From positions 11,532,001-11,596,000 of the forward strand of contig NC_043004.1 in the NCBI RefSeq assembly GCF_006345805.1: a stretch of 64,000 nucleotides of DNA, in the 5' to 3' direction. The position numbers were made by a program, and so were the translations under genes. Shown here in pieces: positions 46,788 through 60,074 of this stretch. The number at the start of each line of letters is the position of its first letter. Position 1 is the stretch's first letter. The notes under the pieces are model-generated. The model saw only the letters and a list, made by a program, of their open reading frames with translations. It made no database searches and had not been told where the DNA came from. This stretch comes from Octopus sinensis (Eukaryota).

Positions 46788-46994
46788 TGGCGAGATGCTG
46801 GCAGAATCGTTTGCATGCCGGCCGAAAATACTTAGCGTTATTTCGTCTGTAGTTACGTTCTGAGTTCAAATTATTGACTTAGCCTTTCGTTCCTCTGGAG
46901 TCGATAAAATGAATACCAGCAGAGCACTGGTATCGATGTCATCGACTATCCCTCTCACCACAAATTACAGGCCTTGTGCCTATAGTAGAAAGTA
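46788..46994 (+). mobile_element. Nin/Deu-domain SINE (tail type A) with (TTA)n tail
   Basis: GCTGGCAGAATCGTT..GTTCTGAGTTCAAATT..GTCGATAAAATGAATACCAG..CAGGCCTTGTGCCTATAGTAGAAAG. Confidence 0.85.
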
Positions 46995-47030
46995 TATTAT
47001 TATTATTATTATTATTATATTATTATTATT

Positions 47031-47064
<34 letters not shown>

Positions 47065-47147
47065 TATTATTATTATCATTATCATTATTATATATTATTA
47101 TATTATTATTATTTTATTATTATATTATTTTTATATTATTATTTTTA

Positions 47148-47506
47148 CTTTTTTCTTCTTTCAAATTTGCTTCCATTTCTTGCCGAGTGTCTTCCCGACT
47201 CCTAGGGCAAAGAAACTCATAGTATACATTGGTAGGCCATAAAACCAAACTCAATAGGTCGTTCATTTTTTTTTTTTTTAAAGTTAAATTAAAATACATG
47301 AGCAGCAACAGTTCTCACATCGACAATGCTCTTCTCAATACGTGTGATGTACCAGTTAAGACAATCTTTTGCACTTCTTGCAGGGATGGTAAGCCAGGGA
47401 TCATTCTCATATAATTTTCGGTTCCCTTCTTGATCATTCCTAGTGCTCCTACGATCACTGGTATTGTAACCGCCTTGAGATGCCACATTTTCTCAATTTC
47501 AATGAG
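47148..47506 (-). mobile_element. 3' end of a second R4/Dong-like LINE family in a (TTA)n tract
   Basis: IEIEKMWHLKAVTIPVIVGALGMIKKGTENYMRMIPGLPSLQEVQKIVLTGTSHVLRRALSM* is homologous to the C-terminus at 1536-1730. The 3' UTR differs. Confidence 0.88.
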
Positions 47507-47526
47507 TAGTATTATTATCATCATCA

Positions 47527-47623
<97 letters not shown>

Positions 47624-48020
47624 ATTATTACTATTATTATTATTTCTAAGGAGGACAAAAATTATTTAGAGCTGTTTAATTTTGATTACAATTTTCCAGA
47701 CACCATCAAAATACGAGAACAAAAAGAAACTGAAACAAAAAATAAATCAAAATTACACTAAATTGAGATCATAAAATTAGAAGAATGTTAATGGTGTGTA
47801 TGTATGTATGTATGTATGTATTTATGTATGTATGTATGTATGTATGCATGCATGCATGTATGTATGTATCTATGTATGTATGTATGCATGTATGTATGTA
47901 CGTACGTATGTATGTATGTATGCATGTACGCATGTATGTATATATTGTATGTATATTATATATACATATATATATATATATGTTTATGTATATATATTTA
48001 TGTATATGTATGTATATGTA

Positions 48021-48052
<32 letters not shown>

Positions 48053-48055
48053 AAC

Positions 48056-48089
<34 letters not shown>

Positions 48090-48115
48090 GCTTCTGCTTA
48101 TACGTTCATAAAATC

Positions 48116-48158
<43 letters not shown>

Positions 48159-49975
48159 CACACCCACACATAGATTGTGTGCGTAAGTACAACACACCCG
48201 CACACTTGTGTGCATTTCTAAATATACATACATACTTACGTGCATATAGATATATACATATATATATGTGTGTATATATCTTTATATGTATGAATGTATG
48301 TATGTACACATGTATGAGTTTATGCACTAATAAACATGATTAGATCTAATTGCTATTAATGTATTACTTTTAAGTTGTCTTTGACTTAAGTATATTTTTA
48401 TTTATTTATTATTTTATCTCTTTTGATGATTTATTCACTTCTTTAGATTTTGTGTTTTTTTACCAAATTATGTTTTTATTCTTTCCTTTTTCATTTTTCT
48501 TTCTGTATTTTTTATGTTCTTAATTTTTTTTTTTTTTATTTTGCCTTCCAAATCAGATTCCCAAGATTTTGCTTAACTGGTGGGTTACATGGGTGATCAT
48601 GTGCCGCGTGGCCATATGTGAATGTTTTGTCATGGTGTGTTGTATAACTGATGTACGTATGTGTGTACTTATTTCTCTGTGTGTCTATATATGTGTGTGA
48701 CTGTGTGTGTGTGTGTGTGTAAGCAGCTTTGTACATATTCATGTATATATGTTGTCATTTTAGAAGAATGGGCATGGCTAACTCTGGTAGTTGTTGCAGT
48801 GTCAAAGCCTTTGTGTAACTCTGCGAACGCATACACACACACACACGCACAGATACTAATATGTGTGTGTGAGTGTGTAAGTGTGTGAATGTGTGTGTTG
48901 TGTGTGTGTGTACATATGTACATATATATGTGCTTATTCTTTTATTCTTTAATTCTTTCATTTGCTTCGGTTATTTGACAGCGGCCATGCTGGAGTACCG
49001 CTTTTTTTCCCCTAAAGCACCTCTTTTTATGCATATCTTTTACTTTTTCCTGTCATTTGACTGCGACCATGCTGCAGCATCACCTTGTTGGGTTTTCAGT
49101 TGAAGAAATCGATCCTAGGGCTTTTTTTTCTTTTAAAGCTTGATACTTATTCTATCGGTACGTTTTGCCGAATCGCTAGGTTACAGTAAGCGTAGACAAG
49201 CCAATATAGTAGTGAAGCGGTGGTGGGAGCAAACACAGACACAATGACACACACACACACGCACATATATATAATCAAAAATGTGAGTTCTAAAATATCT
49301 CTAAGATATCAATGAAGCAGTTGTACTATCAAGTAAGATTTGATGCCACTTCAACATCGCTGTCCGCTTAAACAGACTCCACTGCGTCCTGGTCTATTGG
49401 TCCCGTTGCTAGAAGGTGGTAGGAGATCGCTCCCCTGCTTGCAATTTATCAGATGCGGCTTTGCATCGTCAAACAGCTGGAGGAGATGTCTTCTTGGGGT
49501 TAAAAAAATCGCAGTAGATTTCGTTCGTTCGAACAGACAGGCATGTGGAAGTGGATACAAATATTACTCTCTCTCTCCCTCTCTCTCCCCCTCTCTCTCT
49601 CTCGCTCTCTCCCTCTGTATATATATATTTATATATATGTCGATTAGTGTGTTGAAGTGCAGAGTAGAGCAGACTCACGGTTTGGGCTACCTTATGTCAT
49701 CTGCAGTTCAGTATATTCCCTTTGGATATAATTCAGGAACTCCGCGGTATTAGTTGTGATAATAATAATTGATCAAGTAACCAAATGATGAATTTGGCAT
49801 TTATCTTTATTTTGTACGGCTAGCGTTTTGACCCATCTTGCTACTGTCCCTTACAAGTGGGACCCCGTTCAACATGTTGTATAGCATCCATTTTTCAGTC
49901 TGGGTCTCATCAAGTACATTCATACATAAAGTGGTGTCTCACTTTATATCTATATACATATATATGTATATCGTG

Positions 49976-50351
49976 GTACTCCGTGGGTTACGACGTTGGG
50001 GGTTCCAGTTGATCCGATCAACGGAACAGCCTGCTCGTGAAATTAACGTGCAAGTGACCGAGCATTCCACAGACACGTGAACCCTTAACGTAGTTCTCGG
50101 GGAAGATTCAGCGTGACACAGAGTGCGACAAGGGTGGCTCTTAGAAATGCAGGTACTAGAGAAACAGGAAGAAAGAGTGAGAGAAAGTTGAGGTGAAAGA
50201 ATACAGCAGTGTTCGCCAATCCCCTGATCGAGCCTTGTGGAGCTTTAGGCGTTTTCGCTCAATAAAGACTCACATTTCCCGGTCTGGGAATCGAAATCTT
50301 GGTCCTACATCCGCGAGCCCGCTGCCCTAACCACTGGGCTATTGCGCCTCC
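49976..50351 (-). mobile_element. OR1-like tRNA(Arg) SINE
   Basis: Reverse-complement homolog of 17508-17896. Confidence 0.88.
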
Positions 50352-50652
50352 ACACTGATGGTGATATATACACGAAAACATTCAATTGAATGAAACTAAA
50401 ACTAATTGTTGAAAGTGTTCCTGATTGAATATATGTATAAATGCACACATGCCGCCCCCACACTGCACAATCACAGACGCACACACACACATACACACAC
50501 ACACATACACACACACATAAATGTATATGTGTGTATATATGAATACATACACATATGTCTGTGTGGGTGTGTTTATCTGTATATGTACGTATATATAAAT
50601 AAATACATGTTCACACATATACACATATATACGTATATACATATTATATACG

Positions 50653-50690
<38 letters not shown>

Positions 50691-50701
50691 ATAATATATA
50701 T

Positions 50702-50757
<56 letters not shown>

Positions 50758-51188
50758 ATATATATACATACATGTCTGTCTCTATACACGCACGCTTGTA
50801 TAGACGTTTATAGAAAATGTCACTCTGTGGGTCATGGAATTCGTAATTTAGTTTAAAATTTGAATGTAAAAGAAAATTAAATAGAATTTGTTTGCTCCGT
50901 TAGAAACTCGTTTGCTAAATAATCTTTCACCTTATCTCACAGATTTATTGTAAAAACTCCTAGAAACACTTGTGCACCTATGTGTGTGTGTATGTATAGT
51001 GTGTGTACACATCAATACAACTCCATGGACACCTCAGTATACATATCATATATATATTACTGAAGCTTGCTTCCCAGACACAGAGTACCTGGTTCAGTGC
51101 TACTGCGTGGGTCCTTGCCCAAATCTCCTCTACTGTAGCCTCGGACCGACCAAAGCCTTGTGAGACGGAAAATGAAAAGGCACCTGTC

Positions 51189-51231
<43 letters not shown>

Positions 51232-51277
51232 TGTGTGTATGAGTTGGTCTGTGTGTGTGCTTGTGTGTGCCTGTATG

Positions 51278-51880
51278 GAAAATAGAAGTTGAAAATGCAC
51301 GGAGAATATGGAAAATATTTTTATCAATATATTTGAAGCTCTAACCGGTTTCACAGTTTACACTGATTTTCAAAGATTTTGCTTCTGACTAGGGTTTGTT
51401 TAGCGTCGTAAGTTACAACTGACACAGTAACACGACACTAACACACGGACGTATTGGGAAACATACTAAAAGTTATAAACTTAATCACGTGTTCATTCTC
51501 TGCAAACACTTGACAGAAAGCAGTCAGAGCAGTGATTGTTTGGGCATTTTCAGTCAACCCTGTCAGCCTTAACTTACGACGCCAAACGTTTTCACTTGAT
51601 ACTAACACACGGACGTAGCGGGGAACCAGCAAAAGTTTCTAATACCATTCATGTGACTAACGTCTACCAATCAAATCCTGTTCGAAACAAATACTAATTT
51701 GAGCCAAGAACTCCCAATAAAAACAGATCAGATTTCAAACACAAGTCAGAAGGAAGATAGCTGTGACATACACCACGTCTCTATATTTGAATTTTTTGAA
51801 AATCAGAGAAAACTGTGAAACCGGTTAAAGCTTCAAATATACTTTAACTATTCTCAGTCAATTTTCAACTTCTACTTTTC
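51278..51880. mobile_element. Element bounded by ~100-bp diverged inverted arms, each with a decayed hammerhead-like core
   Basis: ATATTTGAAGCTCTAACCGGTTTCACAGTTT..CTGATTTTCAAA mirrors TTTGAAAATCAG..AAACTGTGAAACCGGTTAAAGCTTCAAATAT. Internal direct repeat CTAACACACGGACGTA at 51438 and 51602. Confidence 0.75.
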
Positions 51881-53460
51881 GTATATTTCTCCCCGAGTGG
51901 AATAAAATAACTTTCTTATATATATATATATATACACACATATGCATACAGTATTTATATATAGTGTCACTCAGTCTCTCTTTATCTGTCTACTATTCAC
52001 TTCCCCTGCAAAAAGGTTTTCTTTCTTTTTTCCTTTCGTGTTCTTATCTTCAGTTAGTTGTTTATGTTTACAACTGTTCACCATTTTTGTTATTGAAAGT
52101 TAATAGTAATGAAAATTGTAGCACTGTTTCATTCCCTAACTCGAAGGGGCAAACAACAACATGACTGCCCAAACTCAGGAACTTTAATGAGACACAACTT
52201 TATGAGAGAGAAAGAACGTGTGTGTGTGTGAGAGATAGAACGTGTGTGTGTGGGAGAGAGAGAGAGAGATAGAGAGAGAGAGAATGTGTGTGTGAGAAAG
52301 AGAGAATGTGTGCGTGTGTGTATGTGTGTGTATAGTGTATATGAGTGAGATAGAACGTGTGTGTGTGAGAGAGAGATAGAACGTGTGTGAGAGATAGAAC
52401 GTGTGTGTGTGTGTGTGAGAGAGAGTGAGACGGTCTTCAGCTTGGTCGGTGTAGGTGCATAGTAGAAGACGTTTGTCCCAGGTTCCACGCAGTTGTACCG
52501 TATCCAGAACCACGTGGCTGGGAAGCAAACTTTCTACCACACAGCGACGTCTGCAGAGTAAGAGGATCGAATAATTTATTTCAAGACGTATTATTTTCTC
52601 CAATTCTGTATGAGAGGACGAGGGAGAAGGCGTGACAGAATTGTTGGAGCGTTCTATTAACTATTCTCTGCCTTTTGATTACGTCCAGTTATATTCTAAG
52701 TTCAAATTCCGCTGCAATCTGTGTTGACTTTCATTCTGCCTGTATGTCGATAATATAAGGCACATAAGGAAAAGCACTTTACTGGGGTTGATTTGATTGC
52801 TTAAGCTTGTGATTAAGTAGGTGACGGAAAGAATATTAAAACATTAATCAACTTTAATGACTGCATCCTTCTCCATGTGATATTAAACCTGTCCATGTGG
52901 TATTTATAGGAAGTTTAAAACAATAACGGATTGCAAAACACAGTATTTCTGCTTTTTTACATAGAAGGAATGAGCTCTGTCAATGTTCTTAAGTCCTCCG
53001 TTCGTTACCTTTTCCTGTACAACATCTAGGTCTTGTACTATTAATTTCGCCTTGACTTTCCTTTGCAGAAAGTCGATCTGTTGGAAACTCTCTTGCCTTG
53101 GTCGTATGTTTCCTAAGTCTGTTGATTCTCAAGAGTTCAAGAGGAAGTATAAAGCTACCAATCTTATTGGTTTAAAAAAATGTTTGTCAATAACAAATGA
53201 GCCTGTAAGAAACGGTGCGTGTGGGAAGGTTTTCAAATCCAGTGTGGCTTAAAAACAGAAAGAGCTACACATTAGAATACAGTTCTGCATAATGATGTAC
53301 AAATATATATGTTTATATTCGTAGCATCCAACAAAATACCTGTAATTTAGCAATCTTAAAAAGGCAACATCGAAATCACGACTCATCGATGAATCTATGA
53401 TGGTCAACACCTGATTTCGTCTGCTTCTTCTTAAGACAGCAAGTCCAAAATGCATTCCCT

Positions 53461-53713
53461 TTACTCTTACTCTTGTACTTGTTTCAGTCATTTGACTGTG
53501 GCCATGCTGGAGCACCGCCTTTCGTCGAGCAAATCGACCCCAGGACTTATTCTTTGTAAGCCTAGTACTTATTCTACGGTCTCTTTTGCCGAACCGCTAA
53601 GTTACGGGTACGTATACACACCAGCATCGGTTGGCATGCAATGTGGGAGGGGGGCAAATACACTGACACACAACATATACACACACGTCTTTATATATAT
53701 ATATATATTATAT

Positions 53714-53765
<52 letters not shown>

Positions 53766-53937
53766 CGTATATATGACTGGCTTCTTTCAGTTTCCGTCTA
53801 CCAAATCCACACACAAGGATTTGGTCAGCCCGAGGCTATAGTAGAAGACACTTGCCCAAGGACCCACGCAGTTGAACTGAACCTGGAATCATGTGGTTGG
53901 TAAGCAAGCTACTTACCACACACCTACTCCTACGCCT
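53461..53937 (-). mobile_element. OK-like SINE, full length
   Basis: Collinear with the consensus. More fragments lie at ~18445-18510, 35145-35300, 48950-49250, 51060-51275, 52425-52550 and 59410-59470. Confidence 0.92.
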
Positions 53938-54332
53938 AGCAACTGTCCTACAAATAGTATGTATACGTTAAGTATGGCGCATAGACGGCTGTTTTAATTT
54001 AATACTGCCTCGGTTGTCTACACCGGATTTTTCATCAGCCAGGCGGATATTCACAATATCATTGAATGTTTTATTCGGTTTTGATATCAGAGACGATAGA
54101 TTCTCATCCAAGCACGTGGCAGGCAGTGAGTGCGCGCCATTAAGGTTGAAATTTCATTGGTGTTTTTGCTGGCCACGTCTTGAAAGATTTTCCCTTACTG
54201 TCTCAAATTTATTGTTCTATGAAGATTATAAGCGATGTTATCTGAAAACAAATACTGCAGAATTTTGCCGGTCGATAGTACACATACAGTAAGTGTGATA
54301 CACATACACACACACGATTATTATTATTATTA

Positions 54333-54400
<68 letters not shown>

Positions 54401-54408
54401 CATCATCA

Positions 54409-54447
<39 letters not shown>

Positions 54448-54647
54448 TATTATTATTATTGATATTAAATACTCAGGTAACCTATGCGGTTTAGGTAATA
54501 TTAGGTAATAAAATTATCCAACGAAATATATCTATGTATTTTTATCTTATGAGAATTATTACTGGATTTATATACTAACCGTTGAATAACCTATTTTTAA
54601 GACCTGACAGTAACCGTTAAATATTTGGAGACATCCGCTACTCATTA

Positions 54648-54695
<48 letters not shown>

Positions 54696-54790
54696 AAATT
54701 AAGGAAAGGAATTCCTTCAAGGGGATGTGTAAAAAATCCAATTGGTACGTCAGATGAATACCACATGAATATGGGTATAATGCGAATTAC

Positions 54791-55263
54791 AAACAATAAG
54801 TTAAACAGAGAGTCAATTGACAATCCAATAATTTATTTACAGTATAATGTAACATCATATACTATGAATATAATATAATATTAGATAACATAAAAAATCA
54901 TTGAAAAAATAAAATAGCCAACAATTTGCTTCGACTTCTGTACGTTTTTTGATTTCTAAACAATTCATATCCACGTATATAAGTCTCTTCAGAACTTTGG
55001 TTTGTAGACAGACGAAATTCACAATCCAGCCGTCCTTTCACGCGGAATTTCATCGGTAAACCAAAGCTCTAAAGAGACTTATATCAGTAGATATGAATTT
55101 TTTATAAAACAAATAATGTATATGAAACAAAACAAATTCTTGGCTATTTTGGTTATTTAATAATCTTTTATGTTATATTATATTCATAGTGTATTATATT
55201 ATATTATAATATAATATAAATAAATTATTGACTTGTCAATTGAATCTCTCTATTTAATTTAGT

Positions 55264-55267
<4 letters not shown>
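54791..55267. repeat. Diverged long palindrome (~230-bp arms, ~24-nt spacer) within a (TA)n-flanked element
   Basis: ATATAAGTCTCTTCAGAACTTTGGTTT / AAACCAAAGCTCTAAAGAGACTTATAT and TCAATTGACAA..AATAATTTATTTA / TAAATAAATTATT..TTGTCAATTGA. Confidence 0.85.
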
Positions 55268-55297
<30 letters not shown>

Positions 55298-55746
55298 GAG
55301 TAGATAAACGAAAGAAGGACACTCAACACATCTTTTGGGGGTTACATGTGTTGAATCAAACTGTTTTGATCTATCTATTTATCTATCCATCCAGCCAGCC
55401 AGCCAGCCATCTATCTATCTATCTATCTATCCATATATATATATATATTATATATATATATATATAGACACATTAAGTACAGAACATCACCAACTAGGGA
55501 AAATACGTAAACACACCAGAGAAAAGTACAGGACAAAATACCAAAAGAAGATAACTGGCCCATCCAGAAATTAAAAAATATAAAATATAAAATTTGTGGA
55601 GAGTGAGGTCTTCGAACGAACAGACAACCACAGAGTGAACGTACAAACTGAACAATTGATGCATGCATGTTTATGTATATGTATATCGTGGCTGTTACTG
55701 TTTCATTCATGTAGACAATTATATCGGCGTAGATCCTCGTAGAACG

Positions 55747-57270
55747 TTGCAGAACGGCTCTGATCAAGATTGACCGCGTGATGCCGATAATAGCATTCTT
55801 ATCACTTCGTACAAAATGGGATTCAGGACAGATGAAGTAATTTTCTTGGTAACGATTTAAAAATGAGTTAATTTGTTGGTATAGTCGGTTCTTAAATGCG
55901 CTTTCTGTGAGACCGTTTAGGACACTCTACTATCAGTTGTTATTGCTTGATGTACGTTGCAGCTATTCATGCATAAGAAAAGATTTAACATGTCGTACCT
56001 GTTATTACTCTTGTTCAATGATTCACGGTCCTCCAGGTATTTGGACTCAACTATATTCAGCAAATTTCCTCTTAGTAAAAGACAAGAAGTGTTGCGCCAC
56101 GGAATGGTTGAAAGACCTCTTGCTATGAAACACGATGTCCTTTGGAAATCTGATCTTCATCTGTTTTTTCAGATTTCATCCTTGTTAAGATTTTTGCTTT
56201 ATACTTTTCAGTTAAGTATAAAATTCATACTCTATCGGTAGAACTGCTTTTACCTTTCCGTATGGTTTGAGTGCAACAAAGAATTTCTTTCACGGGGCTA
56301 ATATGGTGTTATAGCTGCTGCCGCTTAAATATGCTTTCTATTACCACGTAACGTGCAGTTCTATCGTTTCATTCCTTTTTTTTCGTTTTTTCTTTTTATC
56401 TTTTTTCATTTATATAGCATTTGATACTCTCTGCAGTTAATGAAGCTTTGTTTATACAAGGGAAATAAATCAGAGTTTCAGAAATTGTTATCTCCACTTT
56501 GCTTTGTTCTGTTTGTATTACGTTGAAGATCAAAGACGAATATGCAACAAAACGTTTATTTTATGGAAAGAGATGTAGAATTATTGACTGTATTGCTCCT
56601 GTTGGAAGATGTATGAAGTTTGCTATATGAATGAACAGCATATTTGTTGCTTAAATAAATAAAAAATAAACTATTTTAATGCGAAGGTCACAATACTACT
56701 GACGAATGGTGAGATAAACCAAATAATCTTTTCTGTTTTGTGCATTTTTATTTCTGTTGCGTCTGCTGGGTAAGTAGAATCCTATTGTATCTTTAAAATA
56801 GATGAGTTTGAACGGGCAAACTTCATGTTGTACGCCAAGCTGAAAATTTGCATTATCGAAGGAGGGACTGATTATACATTTTTGTTGTTACTATAGCTAT
56901 TTGCTTAACAGCATTGATTGAATAACTGCAACTTTCACATTTGACTTAGGGCTCTTACGAGCCTGTATCTAGATTCTATTTTTGTACCCAGAAAGTTGGT
57001 AAATATGAGATTGATTTATAATTTCATGTTAAATCTTTTCTTATGCATGAATAGCTGCAACGTACATCAAGCAATAACAACTGATAGTAGAGTGTCCTAA
57101 ACGGTCTCACAGAAAGCGCATTTAAGAACCGACTATACCAACAAATTAACTCATTTTTAAATCGTTACCAAGAAAATTACTTCATCTGTTCTGAATCCCA
57201 TCTTGTACGAAATGATAAGAATGCTATTATCGGCATCACGCAGTCAATCTTGATCAGAGCCGTTCTGCAA
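55747..57270. mobile_element. 1.5-kb element with 246-bp near-identical terminal inverted repeats (putative non-autonomous DNA transposon)
   Basis: 55747-55992 is the reverse complement of 57025-57270 with about 4 transitions by eye. No TSD or transposase recognised. Confidence 0.8.
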
Positions 57271-58792
57271 TACTTACAAAATATTTATAAACTCAGCTTC
57301 CAGGTATAGCATGACTTGTTTGCAATCACTTTTTAGGAGAGCAAAGAACAGTTGATAATATACACCTCGTACCGCGTGAATCCTGTATTTTACTTTAAAC
57401 AATAGCGAATAATATTTTTGTACTACATTAATGTTTCTTTACATGTTGATGAAATTGGTTGAAAGCAGTTACTAGATTTACAAATATTTCTAGTCACGTT
57501 TTAAGAAACCTGTGCGTTTCAAGTTTCAAAATATCTTAAACCCTTCAGTAAAATTTCACAAAACTTGCTGCATCATTCTTAAAACTTATCTTCTTCATCA
57601 TATTAAGACGATCAACTTCAAAGGCTTCCAGTGCCAAACTTGATTTCCTTCGATTGAAGAGGTATATCTTCCGTTTCAATCTATTAATTAGAAAGATTTC
57701 AGCGTTACTGGATTTCAATTTACGGCTATGGCTGCGTAAAAGCTTTGCGTGCAACCATTGCTCATAATTGTATAGCACTATGAAATAGATTTAGCTGCAA
57801 CACTGAAAAACACACACAAAAAAAAAACATTCTAAATAGAAATACTGAATGACTTTTCTTACATGAGAATAATTTTATCTCTTTAATTACAAACAAAGAA
57901 AAAAACACTTTAACTAGCTTAATCTGCCGGATATACTTCGTCGTTTCGGTGGAAGTTTACCTACTGACACATTGCATGACGTCAACTAAAAGTCCACCAG
58001 AATTTGCTCCACTTTTTTTTTTTATACAAAGATAGCTGTGACATTTGTAGATGACATGCGATCATGTGTCTATGACAAGAAAATCTTGTTTATGCTGTAC
58101 TGATAGAGTTGTTCAATTCCAAGGAGAACGTAAAAATTGCAGTTATTCAATCAATGCCGTTAAGCACATCTCTATAAGAGCTGTCAGGTAGTATTGAAGC
58201 ATTTATAACAAAAACTTCCTCTCTTTGTCACCGATTTTGTCTAAGATATAGGCAAAGGATTGTACAGCCTGGCATCAGAGTCGTTAGAGAACTTACCAAA
58301 TGAAGGCAGAATATTATGTTGAACTGGTTTAGGGACTCCAGTAAAGAATTTATTGACTCCATTTGTTATTTTATTTTGTCGGTATGCACAGTTGACCTGG
58401 GTATGGTATTTGAATGAGAAATGTAAATAACCAGAACACACACTGAAATGGATTTCCCTGAACGCTCTGACCAACTATTCTGCCGTGGGCTAGATATGTA
58501 CAATCACACACTTGCATGCGCGCGCATACATACACACGCAGGTTTTCTGTATACATGGATCACGAACGCCAATACTGCTCAAACTATTAACTAAAAATAT
58601 ATCTGTTTAACAAAATTTTGTACGGAAACAAGTCAGAAAACAAGTGGAATTCGAACTACGCATCTACTGTAGCCAAGACAGTTGTGATAACACTTAGACT
58701 AAAATAGCAACAATCTCACAAGCAACGGAACAACAATGTTTTTACATTAGAATATCACAACAGAAGCATGGCGAAATATTCTTTTATCTTAT

Positions 58793-59352
58793 TCTTTTAC
58801 TTGTTTCAGTCATTTGAGAGCGGCCATGCTGTAGTACCGCCTTTTGTCGAACAAAGCGACCCGAGGACATATTGTTTTGTATGCTTAGTACTTATTCTAT
58901 CATTCTCTTTTCTCGAACCGCTAAGTTACTGGGGTATAAACACACCAACATCGGCTGTCAAGTGAGGGTGGGGGACAAACACAGACACACAAACATATAT
59001 ATATATACATATCACGTGATCACGTGACCGACCAGACCATCAGATGTTGTTACACATCGCTGGTCACAATGCGTTCGCATTGTTTTAGCCTTCGAATGAC
59101 GCCACCCCGCTGGCTAAGCGAGCAGGCCAATATATACATATATATACAATATATACACACACACACACACACATATATATGTATATATACGATGGGATTC
59201 TTTCAGTTTCCGTCTACCAAATTCACTCACAATGCTTTGGTTGGCCTGAGGCTATAGTAGAAGACACTTGCCAAAGTTGACACGCTGTGGAACTGAACCC
59301 GGAACCATGTGGCTGGTAAGCAAGCTTCTTACCACACAGCGGCTCCTGCGTC
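58793..59352 (-). mobile_element. OK-like SINE with an OR2-like tail fragment (59012-59130) inserted in its internal (TA)n
   Basis: Family halves lie on either side. The insert is the reverse complement of 26375-26493. Confidence 0.9.
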
Positions 59353-59491
59353 TATCTGTAAATAAATATTCTATAAATAATGTATTAATTGGATGCAGGC
59401 ATCACTAAGTGAAGATCCCCAACATGGCCGAAGTCCTATGATTAAAACAAATAAACTGTAAAAGTTAAAGATATCTAGGTCTTTATTCTAT

Positions 59492-59714
59492 GAGCTGGAA
59501 GAATCGTTAGCACGCCGGGCGAAACGCGTAGCTGTATTTCGCCTACCGCTACGTTCTAAGTTCAAATTCCACCGAGGTCGACCTTGCCTTTCATCCTTTC
59601 GGGGTCGATGAGATAAGTACCAGTTACGCACTGGGATCAATGTAATCAAATTAGTCCCTTTGTCTGTCCTTGTTTGTCCCCACTATGTTTAGCCCCTGTG
59701 GGCAATAAAGAAAT
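59492..59714 (+). mobile_element. Nin/Deu-domain SINE, tail type B
   Basis: Collinear with 62555-62786. Ends GGGCAATAAAGAAAT. Confidence 0.92.
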
Positions 59715-60074
59715 ATATAGCTATAGATAATAGCTAGTTTAAAGCGACTAATTTGGATGCATAAATGTCGGAGATCTACTTTGGTTCAACGGCATCGCGA
59801 TTGATTGAGTTACAGTACTTCCGTGATTTCTCTTTTTTCCATCCAAGGATGGAAGCTATTATTGAAAGCTGCTTTCGCTTTCGAGATCTAGAGTTTATAG
59901 AATACTAATTAGATATTTCTTGATGCCCCTGTGCAACGCTCTAAATGTAAACACACACACATTTTTAAAACTTGACTTTTATAAAGGAATGACTGCACAT
60001 ATGTATGCGCGTTTGCCTGTGTGTCTGTGTATACAGACCTTATACAAATCTGTGTGTATAAGTGTATATATATA

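Noticed and set aside
49335-49545. GC-richer patch with a DDAKPH word reminiscent of mariner HDNARPH
   Set aside because: The surrounding residues do not fit a transposase. Left unassigned.
53000-53120. Minus-strand exon candidate CAG|ACTTAGG..GAAAAG|GTAACG (LGNIRPRQESFQQIDFLQRKVKAKLIVQDLDVVQEK)
   Set aside because: Weak acceptor, short, no recognisable homology. Expected by chance in 64 kb.
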